From Phoronis australis (Eukaryota > Animalia > Phoronida), in contig NMRA01000378.1 of assembly GCA_002633005.1 (NCBI GenBank), forward strand, positions 137,525 to 201,524: a stretch of 64,000 bases of DNA, written 5' to 3'. The stretch's first letter is position 1. Every line of letters begins with the position of its first letter. The position numbers and the translations under genes were made by a program. Below the pieces are notes generated by a model that worked only from the letters and a program-made list of their open reading frames with translations, had not been told where the DNA came from and did not search any database. Below are positions 25,110 through 39,715 of the stretch, in pieces.

Positions 25110-27514
25110 TGCATGGTATTATATAGGTATTTTAGTATTTGAAAAGTCCCTTTTCACGCCCCTGGACACACGATTTTTGCTGGTGTCACCAAGCTAAGAC
25201 GTTGCGTTTTATGTAAGTGTATCCCTCATATTTTTGCCGTTAAAGTTCGCCTCGTTTTATATCGCAACAGTGATTACTTTGTCTGAACATCATGCCTTAT
25301 AAAAAACAGAAACAGGCGGGTAGAGTTTAGTAGCTGTCTCGCGGTTAGTAAAATCACGCTAAAATCCTGTGTTCTCTTTTAAAATGCACGGCAATATCTG
25401 TTTTATTCTCGAGAAGTTTTTCCTTTCTTGCGAGGGCCCAGCGAGGCAGTCCTATAGTTATTGAACACTACCCCGCCTCCAGTTGTCAAAACAATCAATG
25501 ACTGCGCGCTCTAGCCGACTGTGGAAAGTGGACTACGTGATGCGCGGATTTTTGTGCGCGATATGAGTAAGGTAATGCTCGCCATTATACACGAGTCCAC
25601 GATTCAGAGTTCTTGGGCATGCACAGAGCGTACGTGGTAGCGTGGTAGGGAACAGTACAGGCTGAATAAATAACCCTACTTTTACATTACATGGAGACCC
25701 GACAATAAAATGCAGATTTCTCTTAAGATAACAAGCAAATGACGAAAACAGCGTTTGGTGATAAATTTATGCCAAGTAGTACGTGAATGCTGCAAGATTT
25801 TTTGGAAACAGACATTTTCAGATAATTGTTAGCTTTTCAACCTCGGATGTCGGCTTTGGCTGGTCAATCAATTTGCGTGCAGGGGTGATGGGTGTTTGTA
25901 ACATTGAGTGACATCGAGGCTTTAGTTGAAATACCTTTATGACTGGTATTTTCTTTGAATGGGGGCTCACTCACAAACAGGACTGACTTTGCAAAATTAC
26001 CAGATTTTTACCGACAACATCGAGCATAGGTGGTTCTCGGGAAGAAATTAGTCAACGTAGCAATCCAGGGATGAACAAATCAGAAAGATGATCATCAGTG
26101 ATTGGGTAACCCGATCATTCTGACGTATCAGATCATAAGGACCAAGAGAGAACAATGCTCTTCCGAGGTGCATGTATCCTGATATCACCTTCCCAATCGG
26201 TTCACATATTTTATACTGTTACCAAACGTATACCTCTCCGGTCCAACTGGGAGCTTTCCAGTAAAAGAGGAGTGAAAACTTCGTTATTGCCGGCGTAATT
26301 TTCGACTAAAACAGTGCAGGGCATGTACTTCGGGAATCAAATTTCATTCATTCAATCTCGTTTCAATTTAGTAAATGCAATACCAGTGAATGCTATGATA
26401 TCAAATTGTAACCCAAGGCTTCAAATAAATTGTAAATATTTCAAGTACGCTTACAAGCAGTCTTGGAATTTTCGAGTAGTTTTCCCAGATGCGCGCTCGA
26501 GATTTTACTCCAAGAAAGTATTGGTGGTCACAACATATTGAGTAATACTCGTAAAATTGAAAATTACTGAAAATTTCGAGAACCTATGGTTGTATATGGT
26601 TTGATGACCCTCGAAGTCTATGATGAGAAATCACTCAGTCTGAATAAAGTTTTAATTATCGAGTACTTTAAGGGACTTTGGTGCCGGGTCGCGGGCCCGA
26701 CCACAAAAAAAATATGTAAACCAATAAAAGTACATTCGACATACATATTTGCAAAGGCGATCAGTAAGATTTCTTTGTTGAACTATTAGGTCGCAAAAAT
26801 TAGGAACATTTCTTAAAATCAATTGTGGGTGCATCCACTTTAATTCACCATCGCAATTTATTACAACTGGTGCCCAGAAAATTTTGAGACAGCAAAATAC
26901 TTGTGAAGGTCACATTAGTGGAACACAAGGTGATTCTTTTTTAATCCAGATAAGTTTCGTTACAATTGAGAAGGTAAAACAATCGGAATGCTTTTGAAAG
27001 TATTTGCAAGCAAAGCCAAGAAATGTGGGAATTACTAAGAGCCGAAAAATTGGGAAGCATCAAGAACGCATTATTTTGGGAAGCTTGAATTGCACGCATT
27101 CTCAAACAGACGTTTAGCCTCCATCCGGAACTTGATTGCAAAAACTGAAGTTATCTTTTGTTTGATCTTAATATCATGTGCTTTTTTTGGTTGAAGCACA
27201 ACAAACACTCGGAGATTTCCGATGTCTGACTGCACGTTCATCGCGGGAAATCACCAATTGGCAACAGCCTACGTTAGAAGCCAGCAACCCGTGGTTCTTC
27301 AGTTGTAAACAACGGCTATTTTTCAGATTCAACTTGACACTTAATTATGTGGAGGGCACTCAAATAACAATCGTGGGCGCACGAAAACCGACTATTGGAA
27401 TTGCTTAGGGAATATCCGTGAAAAATCCTGATGTGTACGAAGGGTGTCTCCATCAACGCAACAAAATAGCTTCCTTGAATTTATGATTCTGATGTTTTTT
27501 GACATTCTTGTCGT

Positions 27515-27625
27515 CAGATCACAACTCGAAAGTAATTTGATGAGAACAAATGAAAGGCGGTATTCAAAGACTTGTTCGATGCTGATTTCGTAGAGTCCCA
27601 GGTACATTTGAGTAGAAAATTCTTA
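27515..27625 (-). repeat. Inverted fragment of the element nested at 15976-17101
   Basis: The reverse complement AGAATTTTCTACTCAAATGT...CGAAA..AGCATCG..CAA...TTTCATTTG.TCTC.TCAAATT..TTCGAGT.GTGAT matches ~16067-16180. Confidence 0.8.
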
Positions 27626-29296
27626 GTATACCGATTTTTAGTATCCAAATTTTATGTTTCATTAGTGAATGACGTCAGTGGTGATCGAGGAACAGATAAA
27701 TGCACGTAGGAAAATGAATTACTCGTAAGTATTGTACTTACGGTATGTATTTTATTTGTCTTGTTAACGTACATGTATACACACTTGTGCAAAAATTTCT
27801 TCAGGTGCAAATTTGCAACTCCTTGGGAGGTGGTTCAAAGTGAAATTGCATGTGAATAGAGGTACATGTAGATATTGCAGTTGTAAACGCAAAATATGAT
27901 TTAAAGTTACGTAAAGTTCAGCTTCAAAGCTTTGTCAAATACATTGTACATTTGTATATTGTTAAATGATACCTACATGTTGATGACTAACCTCTGGTCA
28001 CCCGAGTACGTTTCATTAAGAGCAAGATAACATACTGTACACACTTCAAAATGCTTGTGACAAAGGCGGACAGTCGTGGAGTGGTGGCGTCACAACGTGC
28101 TTGCATTCACTATGAAAAGAAACGTTTATTGAAGAGCTTTGGAAGCCATTTTCGTCATTTTGAACATTTCAACTCATTGCTCATTTTCATGTGTTTAGTG
28201 ACTGTTCCCTTTCCACAAAGTGTGCTCTGATAACAACGCGAACAGCAACTCTAATTGATAAGTAATGTGCATAACAACTATTTCCCGCCAAAAAAGTTCA
28301 CTCATGAGGACAGACCATCCAAAAATGAGCGTACAGCAGGCAGGTATTGGTTCAAATGTCTTGTGAACGAGTAATAAACATGCTTTTACACACGAGTGCA
28401 AATATTGCTGATCGATACCTTTACTCACATATGCATATGAGCGTGCCTTTATTCAGCTCTCGAGAATGGTACGGCATCCATAGGCTGGTTTTTAGCCCAT
28501 AGACATTAGACTCTTCTAGAAACAGCCCCCCCCCCACACAGGGGTGTGAAACTAGTGATTTCACTTCTGGTGGAATGTCAAACCTAGTTTTTGCAACATT
28601 TGCAATCTGCTCAAAAACGCAAGACGATGGAGTGGATACATTCGGGTTTGATTTTAATCTTGTAATTTTACTCTTGACGAAAAAAAATAAAGTAAAATGT
28701 AATAAACCAATTCATTGAATAGTTGAAAGGCATTTTTAGTATCAAAGCACCCAATATTGCAATTTCATAGGCATTTTAAAGACCACTGTCATTAAACTCT
28801 TCTATGATAAGTAACGTCTAACGTTGCGTCCCACTTTCACAAAATGTAAGGACTTCTAGTCTATGGGATAGTCTTTGAACTCAAATGTGACTCAAGCCTC
28901 AGTCTCGAAACTTTGCCGCCGCATTCTCCGAGTACAAATTTGTAAATTTATTCCAATCATGTTATCCCATTGGTCAGTTTTGGAACCTGTTTCTTGAAGA
29001 GTTTTGTCTTTTAACTTGAGCCAAAAGATCGCAAAAATCTGACTACGAGTAGCCAAAAATTGACTTTTGTGTTTTGTGTTTCTGGATACGTTTCTTGATC
29101 CATCTAGTCGAACAAATTACAGATTCGTGCCGTTTGACTTCGGGTTTTAGTAGGCATATTTCCTGGCAATGTCGCATAGCCTGTTTTCATGAAACAGGCA
29201 AAGTCATTCGTATACTGAATTTAAATTTCTTGTGTTGCCGCACCATTAGGCCCATCGGCGTCAGTGCAGAACCGAGCTTATACATGTAACTTAGGG

Positions 29297-29662
29297 GCAT
29301 GCGCCAATATGTGAACCGTTTGGGAAAAAGCCCACGAAAAAAGGCATTATTTCGGATATAGGCCCATGGGCCTGAAAGCTCAGCAATATGGTAATATTGA
29401 AAAAAATATTTACCTAATTTCTTAAAAATACGCCAAGGAACGCCAAAGCTACAGAGGCAAACGTAAAAAGTTGCAATTAGAATGCACAGCTGTAGTCAAA
29501 AGGTTGCGCCTGTATGCAAATTAATGTATGGGCCTGTACAAGAGATATTACCAGGGCTTATACGCGAAACGTAGACGCATGCGCCAATAAGCGAACCAAT
29601 TGGGTAAAAAGACCACGAAAAGGCGTTATTTTGGATATAGGCCCATGGGCCTCAAAGCGCTG
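29297..29662. repeat. Direct repeat pair (~85 bp, 280 bp apart), probably TE-internal
   Basis: GCATGCGCCAATA...CCACGAAAA...GGATATAGGCCCATGGGCCT at 29297 and 29577. Confidence 0.8.
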
Positions 29663-30140
29663 CAATTCGTTAGAAGTCGTCTAGTTTTTATATAGTTTCC
29701 AAATGTTTCATTTTTAGCTCAAAAAAATTTGTAAGTACTTTGTGAACTTTCGTAATCTCCTAGTTGTTTTTCCCTGCTTTTTAGGTGGTTTCTTATGTTT
29801 ATTAAGTTAACTTCTTTAAGGATACGTGTACCCCTAAGTAAATTGTTTTTGCTATTTTATTGCAAATAGGTGGCTCTCATTCACAAAAAATTAAATTTAA
29901 AGGATATATTTGCGTTCCATTTTGTAATGAATATTTTTGCAACAGTTACTAATTTCGTTCCATTTCTTCTCCAAATCACTGTTGCTTTACCATTTTAAAA
30001 TTCCTGAACAAGCTCTGCAAATTCATAACAAAGTGTTGCACGAATGGCAATTGAAGTTTTTTGTGTGTTTGTTTTTAACCAAAGGTATGAATATTTCATT
30101 GCATTGTAAGCTTATTCCGAGAATTCCTTGATTACATGCT

Positions 30141-30487
30141 CAGGGGTACCATAGAATCTTACTCACGAACCACCTACGAATCTTTGAATCATGCATACGA
30201 ACCCAAAAATCACGCATACGAACAAAAATCATTTGCACGAACCACAAAAACCATACATACAAACATAAAATCATATACACAAGCATAGAATAACAAGCGC
30301 AACAAATTATCGTTTGGTGGTTCGTGCGTATGATTTGGATGCTCGTGCGAATGAGTTGTGTTTGTATGTGTGATTTTTGTGGCTCATGCGTATGTTTTTG
30401 TTCGTATGCGGGATTTTTGGGTTTGTACACATAATTCATGGGTTCGTATGTATGACTCATAGGTTTGTAGGTGGTTCGGGAGCCCTG
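30141..30487. mobile_element. Foldback-type MITE: two inverted arms made of ~21-bp CATACGAAC subrepeats
   Basis: Termini CAGGG...CCCTG. The left arm has repeated (C)ATACGAAC.AAAAATCA and the right arm has its complement GTTCGTATG. Confidence 0.8.
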
Positions 30488-33400
30488 TAGTTAAAAATCT
30501 GAGGGAAGAGGAGATTGGTGAATCGCTTCATGAGTGTTGTACACGAAAACGCAAGATCTCGCAAGACCGCGCGAAATATCACCATATGTTTCAAGGAAAG
30601 CACGTGATCACAGTAGCTTTTCTTTTGCCTCGCTGGTTCCCTGCGTATCAGCTAGGGGTAGATGACGCGCATGTACATACTGTATCATTCAGTAGCACGC
30701 GTTTTAGTGTAACCTCGGCAGGCATTGGTTAGCTTTACAACAAAGAAAGAAAATGACGGACTATGAACGGTGTTAAACCTTGTCATGCAAGTGGCGTGAC
30801 AGCAAATAGTTCTTTTCTGCAGTAATGTGATAGCCGCGTTCTTGAATCACATACAATGCACACACATCTGCCTTGGCCGATTTAACGGATGTGTTCTTCA
30901 TAATACACGACAACAACATAAACAAAAGTCAGTGACAGTAAAAATGCTCTCCCAAAAGGTACAACCACAAATTTCTGATTCACATTTTGCACATAAATTT
31001 AAGCAGACCACAAACTACTTCCCCATTTACACTTCCTCCATCACTAGTCATGCCACTTTGTTTACGTAAAGCGCTACCTGTTAAGAATTCGACCAGCCAA
31101 TCAGAAACGCCGGTGTAAAACGAATTCACGGGGAAAATTTAATACCTGCGTGTTATCTACCTCCTTGCGGACACGCAGTGAACCCGCGAGTTCTTTTGCG
31201 AGATTGTACGGACTTCAGATTAATTTTGTGTTGTTGACGTCACATCATTTCACTGGGCCTCGAGTCAAAAATAAGTGTAAGCGATTTCCCAAGTCAAACG
31301 TAAGTCGGGGGGTAAAATCTGTCTTCCTCTATTCCAATCGACGAGTAGTAAGCAACTTTTTATCTCACAATTCGAGTCGACAAATTCCGATTAATACTTG
31401 ACAAAAAGTCGCACGCCTGTACATTGTACGAGTATACTAACCGAATGTACATGTAAACGGGGTTGAAAAGCAAACGTAAAGATATTGGCAAGCACAGTGA
31501 CCCCATCTAGATCTTTGAATAAAACTTCACTTGTAAGTGGGATAGTAATCTATGAATAAGCTGAAAGACTTGGTATCTTGGATACATCACTGTCTGTAAC
31601 GGCTAATTTTCCTCCAGGGCCATTTAACAAATTGCTACGCTCAAGACTAGATACATGTATGTGGAGGGCATTCAACACCTTTAATCCGGGCACTTGGTTT
31701 CCGACCCCACAAAACGTCTCTTTATTTCTGAACGACACCGCGTTGTATATATAGGTTGTTTCTTCGAAAAAGTCGCGTTATTGGGACATCTGCACGATAT
31801 CAAATGAAATTTTGTTCTTTTTTGGAATATTGTCCATGTACAGTACCTGTATTTGTTTGCCCCGTATGTCGAGAAGAAAACTGAAATGTTTCACCTCTGA
31901 TCGCAAGGAGAAAGTATTTTAGAAAAAAACCTGTCGCTTATAGCAAACAAAATGTTTACCTCATCAATCTGTTGAATGTTCTCTATAGAATGGATCATAA
32001 CATTTTTAGTCTCATCATCTCTGTTTACTTTTGACCATCAACATGAATTCTATTTTTGAAAGAGGCACCTTGGATTTGTAGAGGCCTGGACCACTGACAG
32101 ATGGGAACTGAAACTCAACATCAGGGGTGTCGTGATCGCTTCTATAAAGTGGACAAATATTTATTTTACGAGGCCCTGAAAGCAGTCCTCTGAAGACTAA
32201 AAAGATATCCAATCTTGCTTTTTATTGGCCATTTATGTGACCAATATACATGTACATATTGTATTTAAAGGCATGGGCGGCTCACCGTAGGGGGCTGGGT
32301 GGGGGGGTGGGCTATAGCCCAACTTTTTCAGTGCTGCACCGCCCATTGACTGTGGGCGGTGCACTACGGGGGACTGGAGTCTATAACCCTCAACTGATTT
32401 CAGTGCTGTCCCGCACATGAAAGGGTGATTCACTCTCCAAAGATCAGAAAGACCGCGCGCTGCCTTCATGTCTGTCGTTTCAAGACGAGCTCTAGTATAG
32501 TTAATTCTTTAGTTTCAGGACTAACTTGATTATGATTCACGAGCATGGTCACTTGCAAATACATGTATTTGCCACGGACGAGTCAAGTGTTGGTTAATGG
32601 CCTTTAAATTTGAAGATGCATTTTGATGTTATGGACTATCCCCCGAGGCGCATGCCGTCCTACTGTTTGCATAAAATCAATGGAACAAGAACACGTATAC
32701 ATACATGTAGGCCTACATCATGGAAACATGGAAAGTACATGTAGACTACGGTACATGTTAACATGAAGAAGCGATGTACTTCCCAGTACTCCGTCAAGGG
32801 CGTGTTTCAGAGGTTCACCATTTACACGATTCAATATATCACTTTATTAGGCATAAAACACTAAGTAATTATTGTCTGAAATTCACGTAGACCACCATCT
32901 AGCACGTCCTTTTTCATAAAATGCCCACTGTCTTGTTTTTGCTGAAAATCCATCTCGAAACCTCAAATTTGGTATTTGAACAAATGCGTTTACAGCCAAC
33001 AACGACAAAAATCACACGCTCTTCGTCTTATGATAACAAAACAAAAATTCCCACTTTACCCGCAAAGTCGTTAGAAATAAAGTGCACAGTTTCAAGCTAG
33101 GCTATCAGCGGGACTGGGGGAGTCTACATGTACCCAGCCGCGGTTGGTCCCGTTGGCTAACAGAACCTCACCGTTTACATTATTATATATCCAATCATTA
33201 CTAGCAACTCTGTTTCTAAAGTGCAATAGCCCTGACGAGAGACCATTCCATGTCACTATTTAGGAGATAAACACGCTAAGAAGAAAAGTCATAGCCATTT
33301 TGACAAGCAAACATTGCCTTTCGTGGTCACTTCTAAGTACCGTATAAGTGAACTCTTTGCTGAGGACTTTCAAAACAAAAGTTAAGAACTCTGATCGACA

Positions 33401-34115
33401 TACATTCGAACTCTATTAACCCATTAGCACAAAAACAACAGGAGTTTCATAGGCACCTGACAAAGTCTCTGAAGTTAATGAATGACACATATATCTACCT
33501 ACCATTTCTACGTCTTGTTAGTCAAAACAAGTCGAGGATACGTTTGTATAACGCGCTTAATGCATTTACGCGAGGTACATGTCGTCTAAACGTCTCCCCC
33601 GTTTGTAAGGCGCATTTAGAAGAATATTTACCCTCTTTTGGGCGCCACAAAATGACCCATTCAATTCACATTGCAATATGTCAACACGATGTCTGTTTGC
33701 TGCCGACTATTGTTCGTAATTATCACTTTCCTTTAGGCTTGATCTCGTGATTCGGATATTTTTTATGCAACAATAGACGTTCTCGGCGAGCACAACTGCA
33801 GTACCGTATTATGTACTTCAGCACTGTGTATTATATGCTATGATTGCCGGACCGCTCGAATTGATAGGGGCGAATTAAGAGTCATTTTGCGTCTACTTTT
33901 TCTATATTCCATCTTTAAAATGAACGGACCGCACAAAATCCTAGTACATTATAATACATTACATTGATTGGCGTAAACATCCCATGGCGGAAAACATGTT
34001 CGACCCTAACATGCTATGAATCATAAGCGCTCGGAGAGTATTCTTCCGACTACTTGTATGAATCTAACCGTTGTATTACCTTAAACGCACTAAAACATAT
34101 ACTGGCGAAACTCAC

Positions 34116-34118
34116 CAT
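34116..34118 (-). CDS. Candidate ATG-only first coding exon of calmodulin-like gene A
   Basis: ATG|gtgagt is the best consensus ATG-donor seen upstream of exon 2, and calmodulin genes have a phase-0 intron after ATG. TATA-like TATATTTAA at 34156-34148. Weaker ATG|gtgaa alternatives exist near 26850 and 32820. Confidence 0.45.
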
Positions 34119-34918
34119 TCCCGTAGACACAATGGCGGTCCTCTCAATTAAATATAGCAGATCCATGGGCTTCATTGCCTGTCTCCTACTAAACCGGCCT
34201 TGTTAATTGGCTCAGAAAAGCTTACATACTGACTGCGGTCGTAGGTACGGCACTTAGTAAATAGCCCACTTTTTGTATGTGTTTTAGATTAGTTTCTAGC
34301 TATTAATATAGACGAGTGAACACTATTCACCACTGACTGCCAGAAAGTCTTTGAAACATGATCATGCCTCACGGCGCTGTTGCCGAGTCTGACGCAACTT
34401 TTCCAATTTTGGGGTATTATGCCAGTCGTGTTCGTAAATAAGCACGTGCGTACAAGAAAACTAGGTCGAGTAATTTTGTAAAATTCTACCATAGGCTGTT
34501 GAGTAATACACTTTCAAATTCCCTTCCATAGCACTGTGCAATGAGGTACCAGCGTGCATGTACCTTCGGAAAAAAGTCTTACTGCACCTAAAAGTTTGCT
34601 AACGAAAACCAGAAGTGTTCCGGATGGAGGCCAACTGCTGAGCGGGGGCCCTGTCTCGCTCAAATGTTGCAATCCTGCTACAGTACGTATTACACAGATT
34701 CTAAAGAGACTGGACTTGTTACCAGTCGCAAGTTTGGGCGCAAATCTCTCTTTATACGCCGTGTAAAAAACAGTTGTCCAGGGATGCTTTGCGTAGACGC
34801 CCAATGTGATCACGTGCTTTGATTCTAAGACTTGTTGGGTATTCTTATATCGTGTTTTACGCGAGTTTCTCGCAGACCACACCATTATGCTCCTGTTTAG
34901 GGCGACTCTATGGATACG

Positions 34919-35032
34919 GTGTATATACATACACANACATATATATATATATATATATGTGTATATGTATGTGTATGTGTATGTGTATGTGTATGTATAT
35001 GTATATGTATATATATACATATATATATATAT
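34919..35032. repeat. Compound microsatellite (TA)n/(GTATGT)n with an N gap base at 34936
   Basis: Directly visible. Confidence 0.97.
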
Positions 35033-38000
35033 AACTTAAACAGAAAGAAAGTCAAGTACGCATTGCTTGGAGTTTTTCAAGCAATGTGAAGAGGAACATA
35101 CATGTAAAATAGACTAAGTACATGCAACACATGAAACTCAATATGGGGGATTTCGACTATCACAAAACGTACTCACTAGTGGATCTGATGTTGTATTTTT
35201 TTAATGCACCGTGGGCTCGTACAATCATTGGAAACTTGTAGACATGTGAAAACTGAAGCTGCCTTTCCGGTAGGGACGTTAAGAGATTAGCTACTAAAGC
35301 TAGTATGATCACGTGCTTTGCTTGTAACGCATGGCGTTATCTCGAGTAATCTTGCCTTCTCGACACTTTCATGAGTTTACGAAACACTAAGACCTGTCGT
35401 TTTAAGTGATGGGATTTAACTTAAGCGTCATCAGATATCATGTGTCTAGAAAATCTTTCGCTTAAAACATTTACTAAAAGTCTTCATCATTCCCAGCCCT
35501 CTATTTCGACACGCTATTCGTCAGTTTCAGTACAACGTTATCATGTATATAAATAAAGTAAAGTTCCTGCAACAGGATTCCGCCCAAATCATATTTTTGA
35601 TTTAATATTTAGGTTATTGCGTCAAACTTTGAGGTAGCAATACTATAATGTCACCAGACAGTGCTCGTCTCCACCAGGGGCGTGCACAGCGACAACTTGG
35701 CTTCAATGTGCATAGCTATGCATCGTGGTTTGACAAAACTGCCTATTTTGGCAGCGCTAATTCTTGTCAAAATTCAGAAAGTAAATGCAAGTAACCAAAT
35801 GTCTTTAGGTTTCCAAGGTATCAAGTTATGAAAAATTTGTGCTAGTGACGCAAGTCTTTGTCTCAATTAAACCATTCTGTAAAGTGTTGAATACACAATT
35901 TTTAAGATCGCTGCATTTTCATACACTGTGGTGCAAATCGAGTGCTGAAGTTGATAGCACAAATTTCAACACTTGTAGGGACGTTTTTAGTTGATTGGGT
36001 TTGAATGGGGTTTTGATGATGTACATTTTAATCATCAATACTAGTTTCAATATAATATTAACCATATTACTCTTTTCCGCTATCATTTATCTCTTGTTTT
36101 AAGAAACCGATGTTTCCGGTGTACTAGTTGACGAAATAGGGCAAAAAGTTTACACAAAGTACCAAAACAGGTTAGGAAGATTTGAAACAGTCTGAAAAAA
36201 AGATGCAAATGGTGAAAAAATTAAGAATATTATGTTTATTCCAAACCAAAAATGTTGATTTTGTTTTCAATTTTATGTTATTACACGCGACATCACAATC
36301 ATGAACGGGTCATATTAAACACAGGAATGGGCAAAACACAAGTGTAGACGTACATGTACCTTAAAGATATCTGGAGGTACATGAAACATGACTTACATGA
36401 TTAAAACGTTTTAAATGAATAATTGCAGGCTGCCTGGTATACGTTGCACCAGACGTGCGCAGGCTGCGCATGTGGGCCCAGTGCACTGATAGCCAGGAAT
36501 CATTTTTAGGGTTTATAAATATATAGTTAAAACCGAGTTGAGGAGTATGATAAAGTTTCACAATATGACACATATCTTTTTTTAATTCCATGCATGAAAT
36601 GTAATTTTGATTCATGTTTTGTAACTGGTTACTTTCTACTTCAAGATACAATGTATATCAAAGCAACAAAGTGTGAAAAATCATTTACAGAAATGGGTTA
36701 CATTTGGATTATGAATTGTGACGCTTACTTAAATGCTTCGGCTTTATAGCTTCATGTTATGTATTATCATGCCAGTCAAATTGTAACTTAAGGAGGAAGC
36801 CTTTATGACACTCAGTTACCTTGGTAACAATTATGCATGCCTAGTTTCATAGTTAACGTGAACTTGGTTCACTTCGTAAAGCTAAAAATTTCTAAAATAC
36901 ATTTGTAAGTCACTTACTGTGGCAAAATGCTGTTAGGATCATTTAGTTTGCACCTTGATAAGTGTGAGCATTAGCTACAATGAAAATGTTGAAACCTGTG
37001 CGTCCAATATTTTGAAGAGGTGTCATTTTTATCTCTCGCGGGAGTGTGATAACACGTGACAACATCAGAATTGGGTGGAATCGGTTAAACAATTAGCATT
37101 CTGTAAAAATGACAAAACTCAGATTAATGTGACTTTATATATTTTTATGTAATGATTATCTGTTAATAAGGTGGACGTTGCCAGGGCACCAGTTAGCAGC
37201 TGACGGGGGCAAGGGTTAGACGTATGAACGGTTTTCAAAATGATAAAACTGTCTCTGGTGTGGCAGCACAGGTTAAACTCATTCAAAAACATGCATTTAT
37301 ATAATATTAGTTTTTGGCCAAAGTTGTAGTAAAGAAGTAAAAAACAATACCGATGCTAGAGTACAACATGTAAACGACGTTTCGATATTGATCAAAAGTC
37401 TTCCTCAGGTACAATAGTACACAAAAAACAAAATGCCGTAAAAATATATTAATATTGAAACGTCATTCTCAAACATACATGTGCCATTGGTTCCTCGATG
37501 GAAATGTTTTGATCAAATTTCCTGAAATTTCACCAAAAAATCTAGTTATAGAAACTGCCACCAGGGAGCCACCAGTAGTCAAAGTATCTAAAAACTGACG
37601 TCGACTGATTTTATCACCATAGAGACATAATTGCAAAAATTAATGAAGCCTCTTTATAAAGTTTATGAGATATAGCAGCATACCGTCCGTTGTCAGGCAC
37701 GGTAAAATACGCGGTGGTACGTCTTTTCTATCGGCTGTTGCATAAAGCCCATTTACTTTATTTAATTATATTCTTAGTGAGACAGCAAACTGATGGTAAA
37801 TATCATTGGAAATCACCAGCATCTCGCAAACTAACCCCCAGAGCACCTCATAAATGGATAAAAATCAAATACACAATATTAGGCAAAATTTACCGAATTT
37901 TGGCACTCCAGAGAAGGTTAACGGAAACCGATATAAAAATTCAAAGACTGTCTTCTGATAGAAAGGTTCAATATCTACATAAAGATTAAAAAGATTTTTT

Positions 38001-38730
38001 ATTTCCCGTTTTTAAGCCACTTTAAATCAACTTCGCTCACTGGCTCTTTTTGAACCAAAAATTTGCCTTCATGGGTCAAAATATTCATGATGCTCTAACT
38101 TAAAAATAATGGCCCAAAAATTTCAAATCTAATATTTTGAACACATCCCACCAGGATGTATGTTACACACAATTTTTTCAAGATCAGAGTCGGTGACCCT
38201 AGAGTCGACCTTTTGGTGCTCTCGTGGAATGACAGTTAATCTGGCATAGAAACCTACCTAGAGGATTAATCAAACATTTCTAGCAGCCTTTTGAGACGTA
38301 TCCCAAAGTTTTCATTTAAAGAAGGTTTCATCAAAATCGACTGAAAGGTATTTGTGCTATGATTAGGTAAACACTAAAAAACCATGAAAGCGAACGCAAG
38401 AGTGAGGCCGAACAAACCTCCAGCAGCATAATGCCTCTATTTCATGGTTTCCTAACTCGATGGACCTGTAGAAATTCTCTGAGCCATTCTGAAAACCCGA
38501 GTTAATGTTGGATCAGTCAAAACTTTCATTCTGTAATCGTGACAACAGCCTGCCACGGGTACTTGCAAAACTACGGAGGTTTTAAATGACGGAAATTTTA
38601 TCAACTATTGGTATAACTGAAAAATATGAACCACCTTTATTTATCTTACTGAGGACTGTTTGAAAATTAGTTGCGAACTTTTGAGGCACGCCGTACATTG
38701 CACACGTGGCATATGTCTGCATGGTTTATA

Positions 38731-39715
38731 TGTACTTTCGCGACAATTATCTCTTAGAGCCTTAAATTTCTCTTAGTATATGTGAGAGTAGGATTTGGAG
38801 GGAACTTTGTTGCACAGACCGGCATTGTAGCATGCCAGTGGCGGATCTAAGATATCAAAAGGGGGGCCCAACATTTTGTCTCGGACAATCGCGCAAAGCA
38901 CGATTGCATGCGCGCACCCAGTCTAAAAGATATGGGGGCTCGAATTTTTGAGGATTTGAACCTTCTACTTAAAACAAATGGAGGACTAAAAAAACGCGAA
39001 AATGATTGCATCGACGGTCTGTATCGGACACTTGCAATCGGGTCTGAACCATCACCCCCCACCCCTCAGCCGCATGGTAGTTACCGGGATTAATTGTTCA
39101 CTCAATGGGAGTAGGGGGAGGGGCCACTGCCCTCCCTAACTCCGCCTATGCATGCCGTCAGATTACATGTACGCGTATCATCTCATATATTAAAAATACT
39201 ATCTGGTACGTGGTCAAGAACNTGTACTTTCGCGACAATTATCTCTTAGAGCCTTAAATTTCTCTTAGCATATGTGAGAGTAGGATTTGGAGGGAACTTT
39301 GTTGCACAGGCCGGCATTGTAGCATGCCAGTGGCGGATCTAAGATATCAAAAGGGGGGCCCAACATTTTGTCTCGGACAATCGCGCAACAAAGCACGATT
39401 GCATGCGCGCACCCAGTCTAAAAGATATGGGGCTCGAATTTTTGAGGATTTGAACCTTCTACTTAAAACAAATGGAGGACTAAAAAAACGCAAATGATTG
39501 CATCGACGGTCTGTATCGGACACTTGCAATCGGGTCTGAACCATCACCCCCCACCCCTCAGCCGCATGGTAGTTACCGGGATTAATTGTTCACTCAATGG
39601 GAGTAGGGGGAGGGGCCACTGCCCTCCCTAACTCCGGCTATGCATGCAGTCAGATTACATGTACGCGTATCATCTCCGATATAATAAAAATACTATCTGG
39701 TACGTGGTCAAGAAC
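38731..39715. repeat. ~491-bp near-identical tandem duplication split by an N (probable allelic assembly artefact)
   Basis: 38731-39221 and 39223-39715 differ by few substitutions/indels and join exactly at N 39222. Confidence 0.9.
38836..39150. mobile_element. G/C-run family MITE with exact 5-bp TSD (duplicated at 39328-39642)
   Basis: CATGC|CAGTGGCGGATC ... TCCGCCTATG|CATGC. Confidence 0.85.

Noticed and set aside
34514-35039. Longest ORF (168 aa) and overlapping YT/YV/MC-repeat ORFs
   Set aside because: These are translations of a microsatellite containing an N.
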